Of a stretch of DNA of 64,000 nt, positions 1 to 11,300 are shown piece after piece. Position 1 is the stretch's first letter, and each line of letters opens with the position of its first letter. Both the position numbers and the translations under genes were made by a program. The stretch is from Orbicella franksi (lineage: Eukaryota): assembly GCA_964199315.1 (NCBI GenBank), contig OZ116704.1, positions 3,224,001 through 3,288,000 of the forward strand. The letters are read 5' to 3'. The notes beneath the pieces are model-generated. The model searched no databases and was not told where the DNA came from. It worked only from the letters and a program-made list of their open reading frames with translations.

Positions 1-544
1 CCGCCATTCAATCCCAGAGATGAATAAATTAAGTTTTAACTGGTTTAAACTTACATAAATGTATTCATGACAGAATTAGGATTCAAAATGCTGTCCTTGG
101 GCTGGTCAAGTAAGCATCAAAATTTTAAACGTCTGTTCAACGAAAAACTGGCAATGTTTGATTTCCGGCTGTTTGCACAGTGCCAGAAAATATTGCTTAC
201 ATTACTTTACCTTTGCAAGCTACTCAGTGTGTCAAAGGAGCTGGATATGAGTGTTGACAGGCAGGTTATTACGTTTGAATTATCCAAAACAGTTTGTTTT
301 TCAGCAGTTTATCCGCTTGAAAGGTCTTGTTTTTGTAATCTTGTTTTTGTGCAGTTTAGGTTGGATAAGAAAAGAAAAGTAAATGCTAAATTTTCCTAAG
401 ACCTTTGCAACATTTCTTGAGAAATTAACAACGGAAAAATTGGAATTCAAGTACTTCACCGTAAGAACCGTAAATTCAATTTCTAGCACTCTGACAATCT
501 CTAATCTTGTACATAATTTTCATAATTTTTCATTTTCCTTGCAG

Positions 545-3500
545 GCCCTAAAGGAGAACCGGGCCCTCCAGGGCCGAAAGGAAATTCAGGTACATGACGT
601 ACTGCTTGGCTGATTATTAACTCTGCTAGTAATATAGCGCGCGGGCTCGTGTGTGTGTACGTTGACAACGCATTTACATGTCTCCTCTTCAAATAGTCAA
701 GAATACGGGTAGTCTGTCTTTCGCTTAGTCCGTTCTGCGTGACACGAAAGAAAACCGCGAGAAAAAAATGGCTCGCGAAATCCTGGCGGTGAGAAGCGCT
801 TCTCGTTCCCAGGATTTCGCGCGGCCATTTTTTCGTCGCGGTTTATTTACGGTCTCACTCGACGGGTTAAGCGAAAGAGGGAATACTCGTAGTCTACAAA
901 TAGTATTTCAAGGAGTTTTAAACTGAGTTTTTCAGCTCACACATGCACAAACTTTGTCGCTATAAGGTTTCTTTCACGATAGACTTTTTTTTTAAATACT
1001 GGGAATATCAGGTCATGGGCTCCTGGGAATATACATTTCCAATGTTCATCATTGCTTAATAGACCAATTTCGATATATTAAAATTCAGCCTAACACAATA
1101 GACCTCAGCACGAGGCTCTGGGGAAAAAACCCCACAAACTCTGTAGTTATTCCCCAGAGCTACGTACTGGGGTCTATTGTTTTAGGCTGAATTTTAATAT
1201 ATCGAAATTAGTCTATATAGAGCATCTTCACTCACGTGGCTAGCAGCCATGCAAATTATTGAATCAAAAGAAAGTGTTTACATAAGAAAAGAGTTCAACT
1301 CCCACAGGCTTGGCTAGGGACGGCAACATGGCCGCCGTTTCATTGTTTTCGGACACCAATATGGCTGCCGTGACGTCATGTGAAAGCACTCTATTCACAA
1401 TGACGTCAATCTGTTGTGGGTCACGTGATATGACCGTATATTGTGTTGACGTCACGAACGTGGATCGTGTGGAAGTCGGAAACTTCGATAAACTGTCCGG
1501 CTCTTTAAGTTGTCGCTAGTACAGCTATGCAATGCGCTTAAGCAGGAAATGAAAATTTCACCGAGACATGTCGGAACTATCTTTAGCACGTGCATCTTCG
1601 AAAGGGAAGATTTTTTAATGAAGTTGATGAACGCAAACTCGATATGCTTATTCGCCCCGGATACAAACGCACATAACATTATGTGTGAGCACAACGAGCG
1701 ACTAGTGTAACTAGCGATGTTATTTGAAAAATAAGAAATTGTAGCTCTGGCGTGCAATAATGCTGAAATTCCCTTCCACAAGTCATCAGGCTGGAGCTTA
1801 TCAGGCCGGTTTCTGTAGCGTGAAGCGACTAGGAGTATTTCTACTCCCCCTTGGATGGGATGCTAGTTCATCGCAGGGTTACCCCCTCCCCCCTCCCCGA
1901 GCATTAAGTTCGCCGGTACCCATTTATATACCAACAGTGAAACACATGTTTCCCAATAATCTACGTTTACGCCACCGAGGTTTTGATGAGATTCGGTGGC
2001 ACAAGGCGTCCTTGATAATCGATATTCAGCAAACATATTTTATTCATGTAATTTTCTAACCCGTTTCTATTTCTTTTTTCGTAGGTCGGCGAGGTAAAAA
2101 AGGTAAACGAGGTTAGTTTGTGTTTTGTAAGGTAATGAGGCTTGAATTCTCGCCATTTTTTTCCTTGCCATACTTCCTCGGGCTAGATAGGTAAAGTTCA
2201 ATTCTGAATTTATCAAACATATCATGTAGTTTGCCAGTCTATAAGAATTTAAGATTGTATCTGTTTAGCCTTTTTGGCTTGCTTAACGTAGTGCGTATGC
2301 TGTGGTTTGTTCAGTGATTGGCAGAGAATTAGCAAACCACAGTGCAAAAAGAAACACATTTCTGGTGATAATGGTGCTTTATGGTTAATCACCAACTGGC
2401 ACCTTTTCCTCAGGGCACAATGGAGATCCAGGCCCTCCCGGCGAAAAAGGCGAAAAAGGCGAAAAAGGCGAAAAAGGCGAAATAGGCTCTGTGGGCCCTC
2501 CAGGAATACAGGGACCCAAAGGAACAAAAGGTGAGCTTTCCACATAAGGTTATAAGGTGGTCATGTGACTGAACGTCACGTTTCAGAAATTGAAAGCAAA
2601 CAGTCTCAAAACTCTCGAAAATTAACGCGAAACCGAAGGAAAAAAAATAATCTTTTCATGTGAGCCTGTTACGATGCCGATTGGTTTTGGCTGTAGATTG
2701 TCAAAATTTTAGGCTGAAAATACATCTCGCTTACTTTGTTTAGTTTAACATGAACAAGGAAGTTTATGAGCAAAAAATACAGAGCTAAGAAATCATGAGA
2801 CACCAAAGTGAACATACTACTACTCTTGAAAGTCATTATAAAAGCAGGAAAACTGCCATTCCTAATAAATAACGTAAAGTCACTTACTTCAACTCAGTTT
2901 TACAATCCTGGTTGGAGTCCCCCTGACGTGGCATTTACTTCACTGCACGTTCTTCACGCTAGAATCAAACCAAGTAATACTTAAGTATTATGTCATGACT
3001 CTCTTTTTTATGTTTGTATTCCAGGAGACACAGGGCCCTCAGGTCCCGAGGGAGTAGGCGGTAAAAATGGCTCTCAGGGCCCCCCTGGCGTCAAGGGAGA
3101 CATGGGAACCAAAGGCGACATAGGTAGGAACTTGCGCTTATATTAACCCTATTGCACCTGAAATTTCTTCGTTCGCAAGCCTACCAAGGGGGATGTGGGA
3201 AAGTGTCCCCCTTCGTGCAATATGAGGATTCAAAAACTGTTAACTAAGATTCTGCATGGAATCAATTGTTCGTAAAAGCTAAAAACTTACTAAACAGAAA
3301 ATAAGGTTTGAAAACCGCCGGATTTTAGTTAGAAAAAGAAAACCCCTTGAAGACGTGATTTACGAAAAGTTGCGAAGTTTAGTTTGAAATTAGCACGAAC
3401 AGTTTGTGCCTCCCCGAGGCATGCGAACATTGTCAGAGAGCAATTGGCACTGGAAGGTAACAAAGTATCATTTTCAGATTGGGGAACTTATTCATATTTT

Positions 3501-4557
3501 ATAAATGAATGTACAGTACAGAGCGGGAACATTAGCACAAGACAAAATAGGCAAAGACAGGACAGCAGTCATGGCACTGAAAGCTCTTATCTTGTTTGTT
3601 TTGTTTTTGTTTTGTTTTTTTAATAGGACCTCCTGGGCCGCCCGGAGCGTCGGTGAGTAATCTACCGGCTGACTTTTGTACAAGTGTAGTGGTAAGGAAT
3701 TAGCGCATAATTTTACAAGAAATCAGCGAAAAGCGTTACTATCGTAAAGGCGGTTAGCCTAGGATCTGATCTCAGATAGGGCTCAGATATGAAACCCAGA
3801 AGGGTAAGGAAAAGATATTTGGCCTTGTAAAGAAGGATTCGAACCCACTGCCTTTGGAATTGGTGTTCCCTTTTCGTAATGGCGTTCGAGCTACGAGCAG
3901 TCGGAAATTGCCGGGCATAGATGGTAAAAGACATTGAATTTATAACGGTGACGATCATTCATTCATTCACACTGTATAATTACAAGGTCTTAACTTTTAA
4001 CTAATATATTTTTTTTATTGCCATCTAGATGAGTGAGAGCATCCACCTTGTTGGCGATGGACAAAAAATTCAAAACCCAAGTAATTTGCTTTTTTTTTTT
4101 ATGGCATCCTTGAAATGACTTAGTCTTTCTGGTCGAGTAAAGACGTGCATGATTCGGAAACTAATCACTAATCAAGTGCAAATATTCGTCAGCAGGCTTC
4201 CACCGCATTACAAACTGGGCATTGAAGCACAGGGAGGGCAGCATCTTGTACCACTCACCAACCGGGCACATTGAGGTGAAGAGAAAGGGCTATTACTACA
4301 TTTACAGCCAAATGTATTACTATGATGGCACCACCATACAGATGGGTCACAACACCTACATCAATCATGAAAAGGTCATGGAAAGTTCAGGGAGCGTTAT
4401 TAGTGCCGAAAGGAAGTACAACACCAAGTATCATGGCGGGGTATTCTTACTTCAGGAAAATGACACCATCTCCGTTCATATTCCATACACTGTGCACTAT
4501 TTCATGGATAGTGAGGGCAGCTTTTTCGGAGCCTTTTTGTTACACCATATCGATTAG
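545..4557 (+). CDS. Locus A (5' part lies upstream of the window): collagen-stalk TNF-superfamily (ectodysplasin-like) ligand
   Basis: GT-AG exons in one continuous frame: 545-589, 2085-2111 (GRRGKKGKR), 2414-2530, 3025-3123 (all phase 1-1 Gly-X-Y), 3627-3652 (GPPGPPGAS), 4029-4080 ([20 protein letters not shown] strand A), 4193/4196-4557 (THD body with [11 protein letters not shown] and FFGAFLL, TAG stop). Confidence 0.85.
700..896. mobile_element. Palindromic MITE
   Basis: Imperfect long inverted repeats: TCTTTCGCTTAGTCCG...AAAATGGC.CGCGAAATCCTGG / CCAGGATTTCGCG.GGCCATTTT...CGGGTTAAGCGAAAGA. Confidence 0.7.
1060..1215. mobile_element. Hairpin MITE
   Basis: TAGACCAATTTCGATATATTAAAATTCAGCCTA and its near-perfect reverse complement at the other end. 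Confidence 0.8.
1218..1393. mobile_element. MITE adjacent to 1060-1215
   Basis: TAGAG...TTCAC..ACGT / ACGTCATGTGAAAGCACTCTA imperfect TIRs. Confidence 0.55.
4193..4557 (+). CDS. THD-body exon A1 (TNF homology domain)
   Basis: [13 protein letters not shown] (TNF-family signature), [18 protein letters not shown], stop; overlaps ORF 4222..4557. Confidence 0.9.
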
Positions 4558-5221
4558 ATTAGATGATGGTCACACGCGGGAATTTAACCTCCTGAAAAGT
4601 TAAGGGGCTCCCTCCCTTGGTATATCCTTATGGGAGTACTGTAAATGACTTGTTACTCTTTTCGATCGTTCATTTAGACCAGACTTAAGGCTTCCACGGA
4701 TGTTTTGCGATAAAGGTCGATGTCTCGTTTTAGGCAAAGGCCATCATAGAACATAGTCTTTTGCTTTAGGTTAGAATTATGTTGTTTAGGGTACTCAACT
4801 CCAACAACCGAACGCATTCTGTTTAGCGCCCTAACTCAAAAATAATATCTTAGAGCGATATTATCCTTGTAAGTATATTTGAAGGTTGTAACATTTCAAG
4901 GGTGACATGGTCGTACAGCACTATGATATCGGGTTGTCTGTAGTGGCAAGAGGATTTTTCTAGCTTTCTAAACGGTATGATACGTAGATAAACTGTTGAT
5001 GTTTTAGGTGTCAAGTCAGTTGACGATGTTATGTCCAGTTGGCCTGTGGTCTCGATGCTGCCTGATCTGTGCTCCACGCCGTTTCCACGACACTTTACTG
5101 GCTCATTTCATTAATTTCATTCATTTATCTATCAAAAGCTTATGTCAAACACATCATGACCTATGATATTTTGTATCATTGCTCATGAAATACCTGCTTT
5201 TCAAATTGTATTCAAAGCGTA

Positions 5222-5235
5222 GGGAAAATTTCCCC
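5222..5235. promoter_or_regulatory. Palindromic kappaB-like site GGGAAAATTTCCCC between THD exons A1 and A2
   Basis: Motif match only. Confidence 0.3.
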
Positions 5236-5756
5236 TGATGTTCTTGGTATTGTTGTTGTTGTTGTTGATCATGATAATGACGACGATGCAAATATCGAAA
5301 ATAGCAGCGTACCAACCAATGGGATGCGAGCATTAACTGATAACAGAATGATAAGAGATGTGATTTATTTCTTGAAAAACAAATAGTTTTAGGATGAATT
5401 GTTTATGAATAGGCGATGGACTGTAGGCACATGACTGACTGTAAAACCTACAATGGGATTAAATGATTGGTTCATTAACTAATTCAATAGTCGTATGCAC
5501 TGTATTTGACTAAATGATTGATTAACAGAGTGCAGACGGAAAACACTAGATTAACTTTCAATCAATTGCTAGGGTGAAATATTAAGCACACAATGTACTG
5601 TTTTCTGATTTTATTGGGGATAACCAATGCTGAACGTGTTTTAGTGCCAACCTGACTCAGTGACTTTCCAATCCTGTCATGCCGTTGCTTTCAATCTGTG
5701 ATCATAACTATTCGCAGCGAATTCCTCTCACCCAGAATGGGTTTGTTTCTTCACAG

Positions 5757-6118
5757 TAGCAAGACGTACAGTTAGGAACTGGCTTGTAAAGTACAGATCA
5801 GGCAGAATTCAACACCATAATGGCATTGTGCAAGTACAAATATCTGGATTTTACTACGTGTATTCCCAGATGTTCTACCATGACGGCACACCACTTCAAA
5901 TGAGTCATCAGTTGTGCGTCAACTCAGACAAATTCTTGGAGAGTACATCTGCTGTTGTCAGTGAAGCTAGAAAATATAACACCAATTACAATGGCGGCGT
6001 AGTCTTACTAAACGCGACGGATCGCATTTCTGTCCGAACTCCTTTCTCGACTCGTTATTACATGAATCCGAGTTCAAGTTATTTTGGCGCATTCCTGCTT
6101 CATCCTACAACACGTTGA
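5757..6118 (+). CDS. THD-body exon A2, probable alternative terminal exon of locus A
   Basis: Acceptor tttcttcacag|, phase-1 entry, open to TGA at 6116-6118; NWLVK, GFYYVYSQMFY, YNGGVVLL, YFGAFLL. No strand-A exon or start codon of its own was found in 4558-5756. Confidence 0.75.
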
Positions 6119-8296
6119 CCTTTCCTGTCCCGAAATTGAACGCATTGTCTTCTAAGTTTGTTCTAGGAAGTTGGTGATATATCAAGGCTGCTACGTTCCG
6201 GCTAAGCTCGTCTCCCACCGACTACAGTTTTTCGTTATCCCTTGCCACCTTTCTGCCCGATCAATGCTGTAACAGGAAGTAACTTGTTGATCACTGTTGG
6301 GTTAAATACGGTTAAAGTGGTATTTAACTTCCTTAACACTGTTTGCAAGGCAAAATACCTCTTCACTTAGCAATTAACTGCTAGGAAACTGGCCGTGGTT
6401 GTAGGATCCTTGAACAGTTTAACCAAGCCCAAAAAAAAAAAAAAGATTTCTTGTTTGCGCAACTTTAGACCCTATTCATAAATGACTAGCACCGTGTCTT
6501 GCCCTTTAAACGCACGAGCTTCACACGTGCAGTTTTAATGCAAAATTTAATTTGCAGAGGACTGAGTGACAAAGACATTTGTTCACGAAAACGAGGCTGA
6601 AAAAGGCAGAACTGTCTTTATCCGTGCATGCAAACACTGATATCAAACTCTGCAACGATTGGACCAAAACACTCGACCTGCCAAAGATGGCCAAAAAAAT
6701 TGAAGGAGATGGTAAAGTGTCGTTAATTGACTTGAAATCATAACCTTAAAAAAACATCATATGGCGGCCATTTATGAAGACAGGTCAGAGTTATAACACA
6801 GAGCATCTCTAGTTTAGCTTACATGAAGCCCTTTGGTATCCAAAGGTTGTAAGATAGCATTTACTAAATGTGAGTATTGCTGATTCGCGTTAGACGGACA
6901 GCTGCTGTGCAAGTTAACTTAGCCTTTTAGTTTGTTATATTGAAAAATGCTATTATTCAGGCTAATAACTTTAATGTCTTTCATTTGTGTTGTTCAAGTT
7001 AAATTTTATAGCCATTTGACAATAGATGTGTTTAAGTATCGCTAAATGTATAAAACTGCGTTGTAATATTTTAATTAATATGAATATAAGCTGTAACTTT
7101 TCCTTTGCTGCGATCGAAATAAAATTATTGTAGTGAACTGTCGGTGTCGGAATGTTCTTCCGGATCATTAGAGATAAATATGGTAGAAAACTGGTGAAGT
7201 GGACATGAGTATGTATGGTCCAGAACGACATAAAACTAATCTGTACCTCACAATCAACCAGACAAAGACGGTGTTATACGGTAGCGTTCAATTTGAGTAG
7301 CCAAAGCTTGGACTCGTGATCGACCGACAAACGAAAGCAACACTTATTAATTACTAAATTCCCCTTTTCAAGATTTAGCACTGCTTTAAACGGAGTCACG
7401 CCAAGATTACGTTCGTTGACCACAATAGCTCTCATCCAATGGAGACAGTTCACGAGCTCATCACGGGGAACCATCTGGCTTGTCACGTGCAAACGTTTTG
7501 TGTGTCATCAGATCATACCGGGCAAAATTTGCCCCGACGATTCATTATGTGAAGAAACAAAATCTGAAAAAGTTACGGCAAAATTTTGAAGAGAAATAAG
7601 TAAAATTAATATCCAAAGTAGAAATCTTCACGAACATAAGCGATTGTTATTGCTGACTTAGTGATGGACATCTTATCGTGGAAATCGTTTTTACGGCCTG
7701 ATTTGCAGTACACCACCTTGAGAAGGTTTCACTGAGTGATGACGGAAGTTCTATCCAAATAAAACCCTTCCGACTTACATCATTCGGCAATATCAACTTC
7801 AACTTTTGAACACTAACTTTGATTTCGGACTTTCGGCTTTGGCTTTGGTACAAATACGATCATTATATCATATCATGGTCAAAGTTTCTCCAAGGTACGT
7901 GAAAATTGGACTTAGGAAACGTAGTCCTCAAACTGACGCCCAATTCGATGGCGACCTGAGTTTTCCATATCCTGTTAATTTTTGGTTTAAAATAAAATAT
8001 CCCAGTTTTAAAAGTCAACAGTTCTCCTTCTTGATATGCCGGAATATCTGTTCTTATGTCCCATATCCCATTAATTTTCCCCCAAAATATCTTAGTGGTA
8101 TCCCATAACTTTTTTACCTAAATATCTCGTATCTCGAAAAGCCCTAATAGGGCCTTTAAATTACAGATATATTCCATGTAGAAAGTAAAGTGGATCCGTT
8201 TGTAATTTCCCCCTATTTTCTTGGTAAACAATAGCACGCCAATAACATTTGGCTTAGAGCCAGATGGGTTTTCATGTGACTTTATCCCGGTTTTCC

Positions 8297-8308
8297 GGGA
8301 ATTTTCCC
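8297..8308. promoter_or_regulatory. kappaB-like site GGGAATTTTCCC upstream of the locus B ATG
   Basis: Fits GGGRN(N)WYYCC; ends 68 nt before ATG 8376; counterpart upstream of locus C. Confidence 0.5.
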
Positions 8309-8375
8309 TCACAGTTCGGTCATCATTGTCTGTTAAGCGGTCTGTTCTTGACGTTCTTGTCCTATCCCACCGGCC

Positions 8376-11300
8376 ATGCAAGAAAAAGAAAAGCAAAGAG
8401 GAGGCCAACTTCTCCCTGTTTTACTTGTTTGCATGTTGTTAGCCTGCGCGGGTCTTGTGTTTGCTGTTTACACCCACAAAGAACTCTGCTGGCTGAAAAC
8501 CCAAATCCGCGAACATGAGAAGCTTATCCAGACCTTACAACTCGGTAACAATGCGCGAGATATCCAGGTATGAGGTTTCTTTTCCGGTTTACAAGCGTCT
8601 GTGATTTTAAGAAAATTTCGGTATTGCCACGGACATACGAATTGTTTTTTAATGTCAGTTTTGTGTATGTTTCAGGGGTCAGAGGAAGTTCGTGTCCGGA
8701 GAAGCGCTCAAACTTCTTGTACTTGCGTCGGTTAGTGGCCCAGAATTTTTTGTACGGTAACAATTCTTATCCAGTTGACCTGTCTTAGGAGAGAGTTATG
8801 ACGATTTCAGTTATCACATAACCAATTCTCGAAGAGTATATTTGCACCTTGTTCGCTGGAAATTCCCCTGGGTTTACTTCTAGCTACTTCTTATAACAAT
8901 AATCTTCTGTAGCCTCCCACGCAGACGCTAAAGGGAGATGAGATTGCGTGACGAACCCAAGATTACAAGTAGCGTGACCAATAGCCTGCAGAACAGGCGG
9001 ATTAGCGGGGTAGAGAGCGAAACGCTAGAGCGAAACGCGATACACGAGCGCCGAGCGCGAGACGATTGTTATCAATTTTTTTCGTCCGGCGCTTCGCGCT
9101 CGTGGTCGCGCTCCGCGCTCGTTTATCGCGTCTCGCTCACTGCCCCGCTAATCCGCATGTTCTGCAGGCTACGTGACCAGGGTAATTTTTTAATTTTGTT
9201 TCCGTTTTCCTCATCTTTGAATTCTAGGAGCCCCAGGAAGACCAGGCCGGAGGGGGAAGCCTGGAAAGCCCGGTCATGCTGGCCAACGAGGCCCTCCAGG
9301 TAAATGAATTCATAGCTTAAAGTTGTAAAGTTGTCCTGATTTACTGAAACAAACTGGTAGAACCAACATGATCAAAAATTGACCCTGAAGGAACAATTGA
9401 CGCTTCTAGCATGGATTGACTGAATCACAGGATATTTTGCAAGGAACAGGGTCTTCTTCAAAAGACATCTTGGATTTGTCTTATAGGTCATGGAATACCG
9501 TTCCTAACCATCAAGAGTTTTCATCACTATGAGTTAGGTTTTCTCAGGCCAACTGGTTAAAGAGAAGTCCAGGATTTAATTCAGCAACAGTTCTTATTTC
9601 CCAATGATTTTTCCTGAGGGAAGTGGTTGTGGTGTCAGAAGTGCGTTTTAAAAATATATTCTCCGCCATTTCAATCAGTTATCCAGTTGGCCCCGTCTCC
9701 CAGACACAGTGAGGTGTGAGGTAAATTTCCCGCCGACCTCCAGTTAAACACTGACCGAGGATGAAGACCTGTACGAGCGAAGGATTTGGGGGGAAATGTT
9801 TTCTTCCTGGATAGCTTGAGTATTATAAGCCGTTCTGTATTCTTGAGGGAAAAAACTCAAGCCGGTGACGTCTTCATCCTCCGTTCTTTGTTTTCGTTTG
9901 TTTTTTTTTTTTCTTTTTTTTCTTTCATAAAGCGCTCGTTGATGTCCTCCTCGAAATCACAGCGTGAAGACTGTGATGCTTTCATTTGACAATTGTTTTA
10001 CTGCATCATCTCACTTGTTATTGTATTTCGGGCTTCTAGGATTCCCAGGGATGCGAGGCTTTCCGGGAATGTCAGGAGAACCCGGTCCCGTTGGTCCCCC
10101 GGGCCCTCCAGGTAATGACTTCACAGTTTGTAATGAAATTCATGAACAATAATAATCACAGCTGATGAAAGGTCTTCCCAGCCTCGTCAAGTTAATTCTA
10201 AGCGATTATACCACAATTAAGACCAATAATTGACCATAAATGTTTATCGATTTTGAATTTTTGCAAAAAACGGCCATTCAGTTCAGTTATTTTGGCCTCT
10301 GAATTTTGCTAAAAGGTTTGTCTTTCAGTTACTTTTCTAGTTCATTTTCAACTTCAGATAATCAATTTACACTTCTTCTGCTTCTTCAGTTGACTTTCGT
10401 ATTTTCTGTATCTGTATTTTGCATTTTTATCTACTTCGTGTCTTGGTTGTCTTGAGCGCTTCCCGGGGGAATTGCATGTTCTAGTCTGTAGTTCTGTTTC
10501 ATAGGATAATATTGTCTCTGGTCTAATACTTCATTACTTCATCTTTCATTTGCAGGAGAAAGAGGCTTCCAAGGTCCTGTTGGTCCGCCTGGCCCTCCAG
10601 GTAATGACATAATAGTTTATAACAAAATTAATGAAAATAATCATCAAACGAATGTTCTAATCACAACTGGAAGTATTCCTTCCTTCCTTCCGATATCCGT
10701 ACCGTTGTTCATTGTCAAACGGACTTTCGTCTTGAAATTTATTTTCGACTTCTTCTCAGCCCATAATTCGGGCATTAAATTGTGAGGTCAGTATCAAATC
10801 AACATAAGAATCACATTTACAAGAAAGGACAAACGCGCGTATGCGCTGTTATTATTCCAGATAGCTCCGAGTTGAGGAGCAAAGAGGTAGTCATTCCTCC
10901 CTTTAATCCTAGAAAGCATGCGGGAATACTCCCCTTATTATGATAAAGTGTTCTTTTTCTTTTCGCCAGACAACGCTGCTTGACAACCTTAATCCTTCTT
11001 TGATCAGCTTGTTTCTGTTTTTTAAATATTTGAATATGTTAGTGGGACGTCTTTGACTTGTAGGACGTGTACAAGGGACAAATAAACACAACTTGTTGGG
11101 AATTCAAGGAGAGCCCGGACCTCCAGGTGATGACCACGGCGGTAGCAAGTAGTAGGCTAACCAAGGCACTTGCCTCTGTCATTTTATCATTTTTGTTGTT
11201 TATAGTCACCATAAACACTCTAAATACCAAGGAAGAGAATTTATCCACGGACATTGCCATTGTCTGGCAACGGCCCTGATGACTTGATAGTTTACATTGA

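Noticed and set aside
11109-11126. 18-nt collagen microexon using the AAG acceptor
   Set aside because: The longer 11064-11126 exon is preferred because it has a TAG acceptor and its KHN-LG segment is homologous to exon 12264-12371.
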